Position numbers and translations under genes: made by a program
NCBI GenBank assembly: GCA_036785375.1
Contig: JAWMAR010000098.1
Span: 4,092,001 to 4,156,000, forward strand
DNA from: Leucoraja ocellata
Taxonomy: Eukaryota
Direction: 5' to 3'
Length of the DNA: 64,000 nt
Notes under the pieces: generated by a model
The model's input: only the letters and a program-made list of their open reading frames with translations
Told to the model about the DNA's origin: nothing
Database searches by the model: none
Part shown: positions 1 to 12,107 of the stretch, one piece after another
Layout: every line of letters begins with the position of its first letter
Position numbering within the stretch: position 1 is the first letter of the stretch

Positions 1-83
1 CAGAGATGTTGCCTGACCTGCTGAGTTATTCCAGCACATTTGTCTCTTTTTGTAAACCATTATCTGTAGTTCCTTGTGTCTAC
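1..83 (+). mobile_element. 3' tail of Penelope-like terminal repeat (cut by window start)
   Basis: agatgttgcctgacctgctgagttattccagca...atctgtagttcctt matches the tail of the copies at 8155 and 38664. Confidence 0.75.
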
Positions 84-217
84 AGTTGAGATACTGGCAG
101 ATGCTTTCTTATCAACATAAAGCAAACCAGTAAGTTAAAAGGAGAACTACATGCATCAGTTATCTCAACATTTACTTATGTTTCATTGCATCATTCCATT
201 ATAAAAACAACTCCCAC

Positions 218-350
218 GGAATCAAGGGGTATGGGGAGAAGGCAGGCACGGGTTACTGATTGTGGATGATCAGCCATGATCACAATAAATGGCGGTGCTG
301 GCTCGAAGGGCCAAATGGCCTCCTCCTGCACCTATTTTGTATGTTTGTAC
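218..350 (+). mobile_element. CR1-clade (HER1-like) LINE 3' end
   Basis: ggaatcaaggggtatggggagaaggcagg...gatcagccatgatc...aagggccaaatggcctcctcctgcacct is the reverse complement of the LINE end at 34542-34680. Confidence 0.85.
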
Positions 351-503
351 ATTAAGAACACATTCAGTGCAGCACATCAGATCGAAGCACCTCAGATACT
401 TCCAAACTCTGTAAATATTTATTCCCCCTCCAAATAAAACGAATTCCCATCTCAAAAATCCATTCTAAATCAGAGTAACCTCCATTTCTTTACTTCAGAT
501 ATT

Positions 504-763
504 AGACTTGGACATAAAGCACAAAAACAGCTCCCTCGGCCCACTGAGTCCGTGCCAACCAGCGATCACCCCGTACATTACCGAAACCAAGTAACCTGCA
601 AACCTGTGTGATTTGAGTCTGGGAGGCATCCTGAGCACCTGGAGAAAATCCATGCGGTCACAGAGAGAACACGCAAATGCCATTCAGACAGTACCTGTAG
701 TCAGGATTGAATCAGGGTCTCTGGCGTTAGAAAGCAGCAACTCTACTGCTGTGCCATTGTGTT
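504..763 (-). mobile_element. tRNA-derived SINE (HE1/V-SINE-like)
   Basis: Reverse complement of the SINE at 32421-33038; B-box-like gtcaggattgaatcagggtctctggc. Confidence 0.8.
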
Positions 764-907
764 GCACTCATCTTTCAAGTGCATTAGTATTAATCCAAAA
801 ATAGAAGTCTGTTCCAAATTTATTTGAAAGATAATGTTGAATTATTGTGAATTTTTTCAGATCTTGGGATCGCTTTGGTGCAACAAGTAAGAGTAACTAA
901 CCAACAT

Positions 908-1270
908 AACCCAGGCACTCTTCCCCCATCTCCTCCCTGTGCACCCACTTGTCCCACAATCATGTGCCATTACCCCTTCCCATTCCACTTATATCCCTTT
1001 CTCAGGCTTCACATTCAATGCAAGTCCTCTCCTCATCATCTCAGTTCATGGCTTTTCATGTCTGGATTTTTTACAACCACCAGCCAATCAAACCCCCCTC
1101 CGCTACATCCACCTATCACTCGGCATGCTTTGTCTGTCCCCACCTCTCTTCTAGCTTCCCCCCCCCCCCCCCCTCCCACCCCCACCTACAACCAGTTCGA
1201 CCCAAAACGTCCATGTTCTCTAGAACTGCTGCCTGCCCATTGAGTTACTCCAGCACTTTACATCTTTTTT
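908..1270 (+). mobile_element. Decayed Penelope-like (Neptune) 3' fragment
   Basis: C-rich tract followed by cgacccaaaacgtc...ctgcctgcccattgagttactccagca terminal repeat. Confidence 0.65.
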
Positions 1271-2959
1271 TTTTAAAGAACCTTCTCTGATGTTCGAGTT
1301 GCACATTGGTTATTTTGAGTGCAGAACTGGATTTGCAGACAAGGAAGGTGTCTTTGTTAAAAGACTTGAGGGTTTAAAATGTTTGGGCAGGAATACAATT
1401 GTGCTTTATGGGAGCACAGTCATCGGTGACACCTCACAATTAAGTTTGGAGAACTTTATTTGATACTAATTGAATTTCCATGTGAGAATCATTGCTACAA
1501 ATCAGGGAAAGAGTGATGGACCTTGGAATAAAACAGTAAGCAGAAGGAATGAAGTGGAAGCAGGGACAGATGTAAACATGGAGTAGATTATCAGAGGACA
1601 CTACCAGTCTGATTTCATTAGGTTCGTTTTTTAACACCTTCCTATAATCATATGCAACATTTTTTACATGGAAAGCACATTAAAAATGTCTGTTATGACA
1701 CATCATGTCATGACAAAAGAATCCTATAATGCATGACATTAAAAAGGTTACTTGATCAGACAAAAGATTTCAATATGCTTGACAGCCTATAAAACAAGGC
1801 ATTAAGACAGATGAAAAGTTGATTACAAGTTAGCTCACAGCATTAAACACAAGGCTCTTTGTGCGGCTGAGATAAGACAAGTGCTCAAAAAAACACGTCA
1901 TGATAACTGCTCCTGGTATTCTGAAGTTTTCAGATCTTTAACTCAAAATCTGGTTCAAGGTTATTGCTTCTGCAATATTGAGAACTTATGCAAATTGGAG
2001 AGATGTATAACAGGAATATTGTAAAATAAACATTCAACAAGACCTTGAAATTATCAAATCCTGTTGTTCCTTGGAGCTACATTAGGGACTTGGTGATTTA
2101 TACAATGTAATCATCCAGCAGTGATCAATAAGGTTCCCCTAAAAAAAAAAATCCAAGCAATATTATTTTGGTATTCATATGAAAATATTTGAACTTAAAC
2201 ACTTATGGACAATTTGTTCACAATTATTGAATCAAGATTATTCTCTGTTCACAAAGTATATTAAGATGACAGAATGCAATTCAATATAAACTAAATTATT
2301 TTGTTTACTTCTCAGAGCTTTATCAGTAAGGATCTTTCAATGCCTGAATTGTATATATCCACTATGAAGGGGGAAATTCCATAGAGCTTCCAGTAAACAT
2401 TTGATCCTTCATTCAAATGTTTATGACCCAAAACCCCACCAGTGAATTTTAATGTTGATTCTGCCCCAGGTGACCACTGTCTGTGGTCAGATGTCCGTGC
2501 CATCTTGAACTGTGATAATTCCACAATGACATTATTCCAACCAAAACTCCAGGGCTGCAGGGATCCTGTCTTGGTAGTGAGCAGCTGAAAGTGTATCCTG
2601 TCCATATTATCCATATGGTGCCTGACTCAAATCAACCAATGTTCCCACTGGACTGGATTTTATATCGCTAATTGTTTCAAATTTAGAGAATCAAAACAAC
2701 TTCAATGTAAACCAGTTGGGTTTTAACAACAGTCCAGGGTGATTGTCACTGGGGTGAATCTTCCAAGCTGTGGCAGCTGTTCCAAATTGAGCTGCTGGCA
2801 CTCAGCCACTCTAATAAAAATAAGCGCTTGACTAACAAGGACCCACGTTAAGTCTAAGACTGACTGTGTGCTAAATAGCACAGATTCTGTCAATCCACTC
2901 TGTCACGATCTCTCCATGGAGTCCAATGGCTATACCCCATCTCCGGAGATGCCAATATG

Positions 2960-3145
2960 GGTTGTTGCAATTCTAGTTTCAAGGTGCTTGGAGATACGTT
3001 CAATTTAGGTAATTGAATAATTCAGAAATAAAACCCTAATTTCATTAACAGTAACCATGAAACTAACTGATTATCACAATAATCCACCTGATTTTCTAAT
3101 GTGTTTCAGGGGAAGAAAGCTGCTATCTTTACCTCATCTGGGAAT
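2960..3145 (+). mobile_element. Old elasmobranch SINE-like repeat
   Basis: ctgattttctaatgtgtttcaggggaagaaagctgctatctttacc is similar to 21530-21665 and 47600-47745. Confidence 0.45.
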
Positions 3146-3394
3146 GAATGGAATTTTGTAGCATTCCCAAAAACGAGTGAAGCTCTCTGGTATACACCTT
3201 ATCCTGGACAGGTTTCATCCCATTGAGGTCAATTCTAAGCCCAAATAAAGAATCTCAGATTGCGTAAACACAGCATCTTTATTGCTTCAACTATTTATGA
3301 ATTACAATCTGCAAAATAATTTCCCCTGAACTCAGCCGATTAAACGATCATCTTGGTTGCATTTACAACTCAGGATCCCCAGCAGCTGACTTAA

Positions 3395-3947
3395 AGGGCT
3401 GTCCCACTTGGGCGACCCAATTGGCGAGTTTAGAAGAGTTTGAAAAAATGACATGTTGAAGACCTCCTTCGACTATGTAGAAGACCTCCTTCCACCCCCT
3501 TTGACTATGTTGAAGACTAGCTACGACTAGCTACCACTAGCTACGACTAACTTTTGGAAAATTGGACACCGAATAGTGGAGAGTGAAGGCGACCTCCTTC
3601 GATCTCCTTCGACCTCCCTCCGACTATGATGAAGACTATCTACGACTACCTTCGACTACCCTCGATTACATACGACTAACATGCCGACCTACTACGACTA
3701 AACCTACGAGTAAAAGAATTATCGATTTTTTTCATTGGCGACCTTTTTTTAATCACGGCCATTTTTTAACATATTGGAAAAAAAAGCCGCAACCTAGCTG
3801 AGACCTTGAGTACGCGGAGACCACTCTCGAGCATGAAGGAGAGTTACGAAGACCTCCTATGACCTCGTGTTGACCATGCTGCAAGTATGAGTTGAGCGCA
3901 AACTCACCAGAACTCACGGATTAGGTCGCCCAAGTGGGACAGGCCCT
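3395..3947. mobile_element. PIF/Harbinger-like MITE, family A
   Basis: ~36-bp TIR agggctgtcccacttgggcgac / gtcgcccaagtgggacaggccct; flanks taa / tga; inverted sister copy at 47856-48375. Confidence 0.85.
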
Positions 3948-3994
3948 TGACCCTGTACAGCAACCTAGTTTACATCCAAGTGTAGGTTAACATT

Positions 3995-4625
3995 TAGGAA
4001 CAAGGAATTGCAGATGCTGCTTTACAAAAAAAGGAAACAAAGTACTGGAGAAACTCAACGGTCAGGCAGTTTCCTTGGAGAAAATGGATAGGTGACGTTT
4101 TGGGTTGGGATCCTTTTTCAGACTGATTGTGGGGGGGGGCGGAGGAGGGGGGGGGGAAAGAGGATGGACAGGTGTGTTTGATGATAGATGAACACAGGCA
4201 AGGGGAGGGTGGAGGGGGGGGGGGTGGTGGTTATGTAGGGTAGATGGTTGGCTAAAAGCCGGAGATGAATACAAAGGTGCAAGACAAAACGATTGAAAAG
4301 TTACAAATTGTGAAGCCAGAGGAAGGAATACAGGTGGAGGGGGAGGGGAGAAATAGGTGCAAGTCCAGGTGGGGCAGAGGGAAGAGGGGCAATAAAAAAA
4401 GGGGCTGTGTGGAAGAAAGGGAAGGGGGGGGGGGGGGGGGGGGTTGTTAGAGTTTACCTAAATCTAGAGAATTCAATGTTCATCATGTTGGGCCATTGGC
4501 TTCCCGGTGGAATATGAGGTGCCGTTCCTGCAGTTTGCCTCATTCTGGCAATGGAGGAGGCACAGGACAGAAAGGTCAGAATGGGTAGGAAGGAACAAAG
4601 GTCAGTACAGGAATGGGAAGAGGAG
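3995..4625 (-). mobile_element. Neptune-type Penelope-like element 3' fragment with degenerate hammerhead
   Basis: Reverse complement reads cagtctgaaaaaggatcccaacccaaaacgtcac; G-rich tract; homologous to 23450-23871. Confidence 0.85.
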
Positions 4626-4899
4626 AGTACTTCAGATCAATGCCGATACCACCAGTCCCATGTAACTGGCCACAATCTGGCTTTTCTGCCATTTCCACAG
4701 TGTCATAACAGAATGTGTAGGATGTCCACATGTATTCTCACTAAACGGAGGAGTCACACTAAACATTATGTGTAACATCGTTGTCAATGTGCTATCCACA
4801 CATGTGAAAACCACCTTCCTAAATGGATGACCATTTATTTGAACAATGATCTCGAAATCACTGCCCCATTGTAGCCCTCCATCCACGACTATGAAGAGA

Positions 4900-5172
4900 T
4901 AATTTATTTCCGAGTCCGTTTTGTGAGCTTGCAGCTTCTTGGCCGGTGGAATGACCTTGCATAGCTACTTTCCACCATAGTCGCCACAGCCTTTCCCTCT
5001 TGGTGACCTTCGGAATATCTTTGATCAGACTTTACTGGCTTTACCTTGCACTAAACGTTATTCCTTATCATAGATCTACACACTGTAAATAGCTTGATCA
5101 TAATCATAATCATGTATTGTCTTTCCGCTGACTGGTTAGCACACAACAAAAGCTTTTCACTGTACCTGTATC
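4900..5172 (+). mobile_element. Rex1/Babar-type LINE 3' tail
   Basis: ggactttactggctttaccttgcactaaacg-like segment and gcacacaacaaaagcttttcactgtacct, shared with 18330-18400 and 41040-41210. Confidence 0.6.
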
Positions 5173-5179
5173 ACTGAAG

Positions 5180-6790
5180 ATACTCTCTGTGGACAGAGAT
5201 CGAGGCACAGCTAATTCCTGCTCTCTATCGCATGGTTGATGCTCACCCGACAGAATGCCCCCCCTCTCACAACTCTGCCTCGGATACATAAACATAATTT
5301 CTATGATGACGACCATTGCCCAAGCTGTCTCAAGCATCGTTCTGCATCAAAGAGCTCTGTCTGAATTCCCTCTGCTATCAGACCACATATTAATGCGTGC
5401 TGTATAGTCCCTCAGCACCTTGTTGCAGAGTTCATAACCTGAACACATAGTAACTGGTCCCCAGTTGCATGTACCGAATGTATAACATGTAGAAGTTTCT
5501 AAAGTTACTGGATTGAAATGTACCTTTGAAAGTTTATACAATATTCTTATCAAAGTCTTCATTCATGGCTCAGGCAGCTTGAAGCCCATTAGTTTTCTGT
5601 ATGTCTCCAACCTTACTATGAGTAATATAACACCTCCCTCGTTCCACAAGGCCTCGTTGCTCTGTTCTTTGTGTCCTCCTGTGGTCTATCCTTTAAGGAT
5701 ATCATTTCCTCTCAGGAATATCTCTATCTATTCTAAGTACATAGCAAATGGTTATGACTTTTCAAACATATATATACATCATCAACATACCTATTACACC
5801 TGTTGCCTGTTATTCTTACTGCTCTCTCTCCGGAGAACCCAGCTTTCTTCTCCCTCGAACTAATTCATCTTTATCCTTCCTCAAGTTACATCTTTATACT
5901 TCGTCAAGTAACAACATCCCAAACTCATGGCCAATGTAGTATCCTCAGAGTCTTCTGTTCAGTAAGACATGCATCAAACTCCAAATCTGTGAAGTGAACA
6001 GCAGTTCCTGATACAACAGCATACAAAGGTCTACCCATCTTTCTGAAGAGCACTCATTGTGGCAAAGTAGGAAATGTGGTAATAATTTGTGTACAATTAG
6101 CAAAGCACTAGATTTGTGACACTCCAATATTCTACCCCAACTACCTAACTTGCCAATATAATTCACACCCTGAGCCCACACTGCATAGAAAATAGTTTCC
6201 TTATGTCCACTATGGTTGATTTGCAAATCACTTCCATTTAATGCCCCCCAATTCTTGATCTTCCTGCCAGTAGAAACAGTTTCTCTCTGCCTACCAGATC
6301 TATATCCTTGATGCGTTTATGTATCTCCTTTTGTAAGGACACCTCATGACCTCACAGTCCCAAGCATTGGCCAGTGTATCCACACAACCAAAGGCCCTTA
6401 TCCCTGGAAAAACATTCTGCATTGGGTCCAAAATCATTACTTTCTTTCCAAGTGAAGTGAGGGAGTCAAAAACTGTCCCAATGCTCCATTTCTAGCTGAA
6501 CTAAAGTTCTATAAAGTTTCCTCAGGACTTCATTACTTTTGCACTTTCTTTCACATTCCATCAAACCCAGCCACCCTTTGCTTTACTAACTACTTTATCA
6601 ACCTGCTCTGCCACCTTCAGTGAACTATGCACATATCACCCCAGATCTTGTTGGTTTTGCACCAGTTTGGAATTATTTCTTCCAGTTTGTATCGCCTCTT
6701 TGTGCTTTTCCTACCAAAAAGTAACACCTTGCAGTTCTCAGCAATAAATTTAATCTGCCACCTCTCTGCCCATTCTAAAGCCTGCATTGG
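5180..6790 (-). mobile_element. Highly decayed CR1 LINE pieces
   Basis: 6235-6790 resembles the antisense CR1 RT C-terminus (aaatttaatctgccacctctctgcccatt); GGGV-like endonuclease motif near 5640. Confidence 0.4.
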
Positions 6791-8154
6791 TCTATTAGTT
6801 CATTGCCATTCACGGAGCCTCTAAGACTTGGAGTCTTGCAGAACGATTCAGTCATGGACAACTTGATTTCAAAGTTCCAATTCATTTAGTAAACTTAAGA
6901 CTATATATTTTATTGGCCTTTGTATAGCCTGTCCTAGCAAAACATGATTAGCCTGTAATTTCAACTAAATTGTAAACTTAAAATGAATCAGGTCTAATTG
7001 GAATAACTGATCTATAATAATTAATACTGAACAAACATAGATCCATAGAAAAGTAAACACATTTGCACCACTTTAGTTGACCCCTATCTACACGTGGCAT
7101 TAAATTAAAGAAAGAAAAATAAAATATAATAAATGCCATATGCACAACAGTAATAAGGGTCCTCTGAGGTCTTTGAAAATGGACTCAGTGTTTCATGGTT
7201 TCACATTTCATTCACGAAACTGTCCCTGACAAAACAGTTTCAGAATGTTCGGAACGCCATGGTGAAGCCTATTATTGCTACAGACAGTTATTGCGTGTCC
7301 GTGTCAGGTGCAGACTTTGTGAGTAAGGCACACTTCAAGATCAAGGTTGTCTTTTGCTTCATTCTGAGATTTTTCATTTTTCTTTTCATTTTATCAAAAG
7401 CTTAAAGATTTATGTGATTGCTGATTAATACTGGCCAGATTTGCAGTGCAGTCTCAGAAAGAAAAGTTCAAAGAACAGGCATCTACCGCCGCTCCTCTCC
7501 GTTGGTCCTCTTTGCAAGTGTTTTCAAAGAAAAAACAGAGGCATTGAAACCACTTTCCAAGTTTAATTTTCGATTCTACATTAGACATTTATGTTAGAAA
7601 AATGAACCAATGTTATTGCTCATTGTGATTTAAGATAGTTTTAAGTCATATTTACAACATTAGCAAGAGCATCTGTAGAAAATTTATCATCAACAAAGAG
7701 ATGACTATTTTTACAACTTCTATGTTAGTGGCATTTTCAGATATTTTTCTGATTTTTTTCTGAAATCTCACTGGTTTATACCTACAGTAAGTGTGATATT
7801 CTCCCAGAAACCTCAGGAACATTTATGTATGCTGTTTTGCTACTGGTTCTTGTGCAGAGCAATTGAGAGGAACAATTTTTAATTCCTGAACCTCATTTGA
7901 TTAAATCCAAATTAACAAACTTGCTTATCATACTGCTTAGTTATTCAAATGATTAGTTAATCATTTAGTCATCCATTCATTCAAATGACTGAGAGTCATG
8001 GAGAAGCAGTTTGAAATAACTGAGTAATTCTGACTGTGAGCAAGCTGTTCCTCAGTTCTTGGCTACTGGAGCCCACTTAAATGAGCAGAAGGATGACGCA
8101 AAGATGATCACAAAGGCCCTCTGATCAGTTGATACTGCAATGGAGCTGAACAGT

Positions 8155-8292
8155 CTCAGTCTGAAGAAGGGCCTCAAATCGAAACGTCACCCATTCCTTC
8201 TGTCCAGAGATGCTGCCTGTCCCCAGCTGAGTTGCTCCAACATTTTGTGTCTATCTTTGGTGTAAACCAGCATCTACAGTTCCTTCCTACAC
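8155..8292 (+). mobile_element. Short hammerhead-bearing Penelope-derived insertion
   Basis: CTGAAGA at 8161, GAAACGTC core; 10-bp TSD gctgaacagt at 8145-8154 and 8293-8302. Confidence 0.9.
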
Positions 8293-11200
8293 GCTGAACA
8301 GTAGATTTGTTGGAACCTTTTCTTTGAGTTCAAATTTTCAACCCAGCTGATCAGGAGAACTTCCAAAGCATAAGCACAATTTTCTCCCAGGAAGGTTAAT
8401 GTTCCCACTATTTCAAGTGCTTTTGGCTCCTTCAGACAAGTAGATCTGAATCAATGGAGGCCCAAGATTTGGGAAAGACTGATTGCTGATACCTTGGCTT
8501 CAATTTAGTACACTGTTTGAAGAGATCCGCAGTTGAAGAAGGAGTAACTATCAAAGAAACAAGATTTCACGAAGACCCATGATTAAAACGAACAATAGTT
8601 ATGTCTGTCAATGCATTCTGAACATTGTTCTTGGACATTTGGTTTTAATTCATTGGACCTCTTACTTCAGGGAGACAATATTTCAACATATTGCATCCTG
8701 ACACATGTGTGATTGAGAAGAATTGGTGTTGCAGAATTTGACAGAAAGGTAAATTTCGACCTCTGAAGGAAGTGGTGAAAAAATAATAATTTTCAGAGTG
8801 GATGCCATCTGTAAATGAGTTTGGAAAGATGTTAGAGTTTGCCTTTAGATTCAGACAGGCACAAATATTAACATTTGACATATTATCTGAGGGACACAAC
8901 TCTAGGCTAGGCATTTATGCTTTGGAGTGAGTCTCGGATACATGCACAGATGTAGCAACACCTACTTATATGAAGTCTGTATTGTTGATCAAACGTGCTC
9001 TCAGCATTCATTTTTCAGTGTTGGGAATATACATTCTTATCTATTTTAGCATTTACGATTGCTGAAAACAGTAAACCAAATGTGCATAGTAACTTTCATC
9101 AAAGATTAAAATAACTGGATACATTACTGTTTAAGAAAATTATTGTCATGAGGATAAAGCAATTACAAACATTTGAATCAGTGAAAGCAATTAACGCCAC
9201 ACATGAAAAACAAGTGAAAAATTAAATCTACTTAACACTCAGATTTAATTTACATCCAGAAACAATTGTTAAAATATTCAGGGTTGTGGATCCCGCGTTT
9301 TCCTACAGCATACTCTCCCAATTATTCACCAGGTCTTTCACAAAGCAAAGTCTTGTGTGCGCATCACCTCATTATGTTTATTTTGTTATTTGTGTTTTGT
9401 TCACTTCTCTTGGGGAATATCCGTGCTGTGTTATAAGCAAGCAATAAATGCAAGACAAAAATCTAGGGATTTGTGATTCTCTGTCAGTTGCTGTGCTTTC
9501 TTCTGTGATGATGGATAATTGAGTCCTGCTGGAGAAAGGTGGCAGAAAGTGAGAGTCAAAGAGCAAGAAGAGAGGGAAAGGGAAACTGAGAGAAAGCATA
9601 CATAATTGTTCAGTTCCCAGACAAGGTTCTGAACAGACAACATCACACAAGTCGGGTAACAGGAGGTATACATCTGTCACGTTGATCAGGTAGGGTTTAG
9701 GGTAAGAGCAGAGAAAGTTCTACCCTTTGTCTAGACGGTCCCGCACCTGATCTAGGTATCTTTATTGCTTCAAAAATGAAATAGGTTCTGTTCTCCAGCA
9801 CTGATATCCTTTACCTTGATAAACACCCAGAAAGAAGGCAAGTGAATAATTAAACCAAAGTAGTAAATAAAATTCATTTCGCGAAGCTACAAATCCCTTG
9901 ATGCAATTTCCTTTTCCTTTTCTCAAAGAACAAGTAATATATTTTTCATGATACCTATCAGAATTGTTATTCAATGTTTTCATGGTTTACCTTGGTAAAG
10001 GCATTAACAGTGGAATAATGAAACACTGGCAATAGCTTTCTGATACACAGCTGTTTTTTTTTCTTTTCCTGAGCAGGCTATCACTGATGTACTGATGACC
10101 ACATTTTAAATCACGTAGCCTCAACAATAATCCATTCACACTTTATTCGGTCGTAATGTGATACCTATTTTATGATGACAACACCAGGATCCATTAATTT
10201 ATAAGATTTGGTGCAAATACAAAATAAAAAAAAAGCAGTTCACCATTGAATCACAATAAGCTAATTTCCGGGGGAGTGAAATAAATTAAGGTTGAAAGTA
10301 AAATATAGATAACATGTCAAAACAAAATGAAAGTGAACATTTATCCATCTGCTAACTCTTTTGTAAATATATTTGTCTCAGAAATTAATCCTTGCATAAA
10401 TTGCTTCACTGAAAATTGTTGCAGGCTATTTTTGTTTGAAGAAAATTGCTTAGTAAAGTTTCAGACTACAGTTTAAGCATTCAAATCATTGAATTCCGGC
10501 ACAGATTAGGGGGAAATACAAAACAGATATTAATTGAAGAAAACAAAACCATATTTAGTATCTTTATTTTAATCTCAGTTTTAAAGATTTATTGAAGTTA
10601 CCTGTCTGTACCATGCTGCTTTGACAAATGCACAGAAATTAAACAGATAACATACTGCAGTTAAAAATGATGTTGTAATTCTCAATGAGTATCAATGTTT
10701 AACATAGGATGCAACACTTATCAGTCGCCCCCACTAATGCTAATTCTGTAAAACAAAGATTTAATTAATTTGTCGAGAATTAAATATTTAGACGAGGACT
10801 GATCAGGTGCAAATTAACAATAAGAAGGATATTTATAAAATTCTGCCAATTACTAAAAGATGTGAAACTTTCTGACACAGCTTTGTCTAACACTTGTGTT
10901 CTAACATTTAAGTTTCTTGCCTAAAATGTCCATGAAATCTTTGTTAACAGACAAAGTACCATGTTCATCATTTACAGTTGTCAAAGCTGTAAGATTCAGT
11001 CAAAAAGATTTAAATGTCTCCGACTTTAGACATTTGAAAACACTTAAAATTTAAATAATTTAAAAAAAATGATTAATAAATTTTTTTAAAAAATTAGTGA
11101 AAGCCAACCAAAATCATATAAATATGTTTTTTTTAAATAATTTATGAAAAATGCCATAATGTTAAAAGGTCTTATCTTCCCATTTGCTTTCTATTGCGTG

Positions 11201-11370
11201 GCCCTGCAATTCATATTGAAATCTACAACATCTTGGATCCTGCACAAAGTTTAATGAGGGGTAGTATTTGAGAGATGATAACACTATGCAAGTCCTGGAG
11301 AACCTCAGCAAGGAGGAGCTCTAGTAGTTTACTTCATGTCTAACAGCTGAGCAAAGATACACATTTGGCA

Positions 11371-11513
11371 GATCCAATTAGTCTGATGAAGGGTCCGACC
11401 TGAAAAGTGGCCGATCACTTTACACCACAGATGCTGCCTGACCGGCTGAGTTCTTCCCAGCATCTTGTGTTTTGCTCAAGATTCCAGCATCTACAGTTCG
11501 CTGTGTCTCCATG
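11371..11513 (+). mobile_element. Short hammerhead-bearing Penelope-derived insertion (divergent subfamily)
   Basis: CTGATGA at 11383; 11-bp TSD cacatttggca at 11360-11370 and 11514-11524. Confidence 0.85.
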
Positions 11514-11999
11514 CACATTTGGCATTGGGTTTAGATTGGACTTATTTCCAATTAATTGGGTAAATTCTTGTTTGTGCTCTTTGTGTTAATCAGCATGTTA
11601 TGTGGCAGAAATTGTGCAATTATTAATGATTGCTGATGAAGACACATCAATGTTTTCGAAACAGGATTCATAAATCATACATTTTTAAATTAGCAGCCTA
11701 TTCATTTAAATATTTATCTTTCAATGGTAAAATAAAATATATGGGGGGGAGATAGCAAGACTGAAATAAAATATTGTGTTAGATCAAACAACTATTCTGT
11801 TTAATGCCCAATAGTTTAATGGGTTTAATAGAACTTAAAGGTAAGGAGATAGAACTTCAATAGAACTGAAAACTGACCACTGCATCGAATTGGACACTAA
11901 CTCAATACAGTCTATTTTACTTCTCCCAACATGCAGCTTTATTCATAAACCTTTACATTTCAAACACAATTAGGACAGGATCATTGCTTCATTTCTATA

Positions 12000-12107
12000 A
12001 ATCATGAGTCATGAGTCTGAAGAAGGGCCTAGAGCTGAAACGTCACTGATTCCTTTTCTCCAGAGGTGGTGCCAAACCCACTGAGTTACTCCAGCTTTTT
12101 CTGTCCA
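12000..12107 (+). mobile_element. Short hammerhead-bearing Penelope-derived insertion, 3'-shortened
   Basis: CTGAAGA at 12017, GAAACGTC; 14-bp TSD gcttcatttctata at 11986-11999 and 12108-12121. Confidence 0.9.

Noticed and set aside
875-1290. Pro-rich ORFs of 113-122 aa
   Set aside because: Arise from C-rich tracts of a decayed Penelope element.
3455-3715. Short repeats suggesting CRISPR or a coding repeat
   Set aside because: Irregular internal motifs of a TIR-bounded MITE.
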